DNA of 5,365 nucleotides from a virus (Duplodnaviria; Heunggongvirae; Uroviricota; Caudoviricetes): IMG/VR virus record IMGVR_UViG_2602041568_000011; one strand, 5' to 3'. Shown piece by piece: positions 5,291 to 5,365 of this stretch (position 1 is its first letter; each line of letters starts with the position of its first letter). The notes under the pieces were generated by a model. It saw only the letters and a program-made list of their open reading frames with translations, ran no database searches and was not told where the DNA came from. The position numbers and the translations under genes were made by a program.

Positions 5291-5365
5291 TCAGAGGTGG
5301 CGAGGGATTTCTCCCTCGCCTGGTCTCTTACTCCTCAGGTTCGTAAGCTGTGAAGACAGCGACCT
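5291..5365 (-). CDS. Possible 3' end of a minus-strand gene entering from beyond the window (last ~25 codons ...RSLSSQLTNLRSKRPGEGEIPRHL*)
   Basis: Only one of the six frames is open across 5291-5365 and it ends with TGA at 5293-5291. The base composition returns to phage-like G+C here. Too short to identify. Confidence 0.25.
   Translation of the reverse strand, partial: RSLSSQLTNLRSKRPGEGEIPRHL

Noticed and set aside
5261-5365. 5' end of a group II intron (GTGCG at 5263) or an IS terminal inverted repeat
   Set aside because: Only a pentamer match. The sequence available is too short to show intron domain structure or transposase-adjacent repeats, and I do not recognise it as any IS end.

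Overview
This window reads as the Q-to-lysis segment of a lambdoid, Enterobacteriaceae-type prophage, with every gene on the minus strand, plus an AT-rich cargo island at the high-coordinate end. In transcription order (high to low coordinate): a split FkbM-family methyltransferase gene interrupted by a (CTGGG)8 pentanucleotide tract (4317-5203); a 25-bp perfect palindrome (4094-4151); a degraded nin-region gene (3406-3916); a DUF968-like protein with an HNH-type Cys/His motif (2355-3404); a RusA resolvase (1983-2342); a Q-like late antiterminator (1297-1986); a pR'-like promoter with a short terminated leader; a tightly packed four-tRNA cluster (792-1102) containing one atypical tRNA; a hairpin-rich spacer ending in an intrinsic terminator; an S21/EssD-type pinholin (285-500); and the 5' end of an unidentified gene (1-280). 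The most novel-looking element is the methyltransferase, which looks like a slipped-strand phase-variable switch caught in the OFF frame. All identifications come from reading the sequence and from recalled family knowledge; no database search was run.
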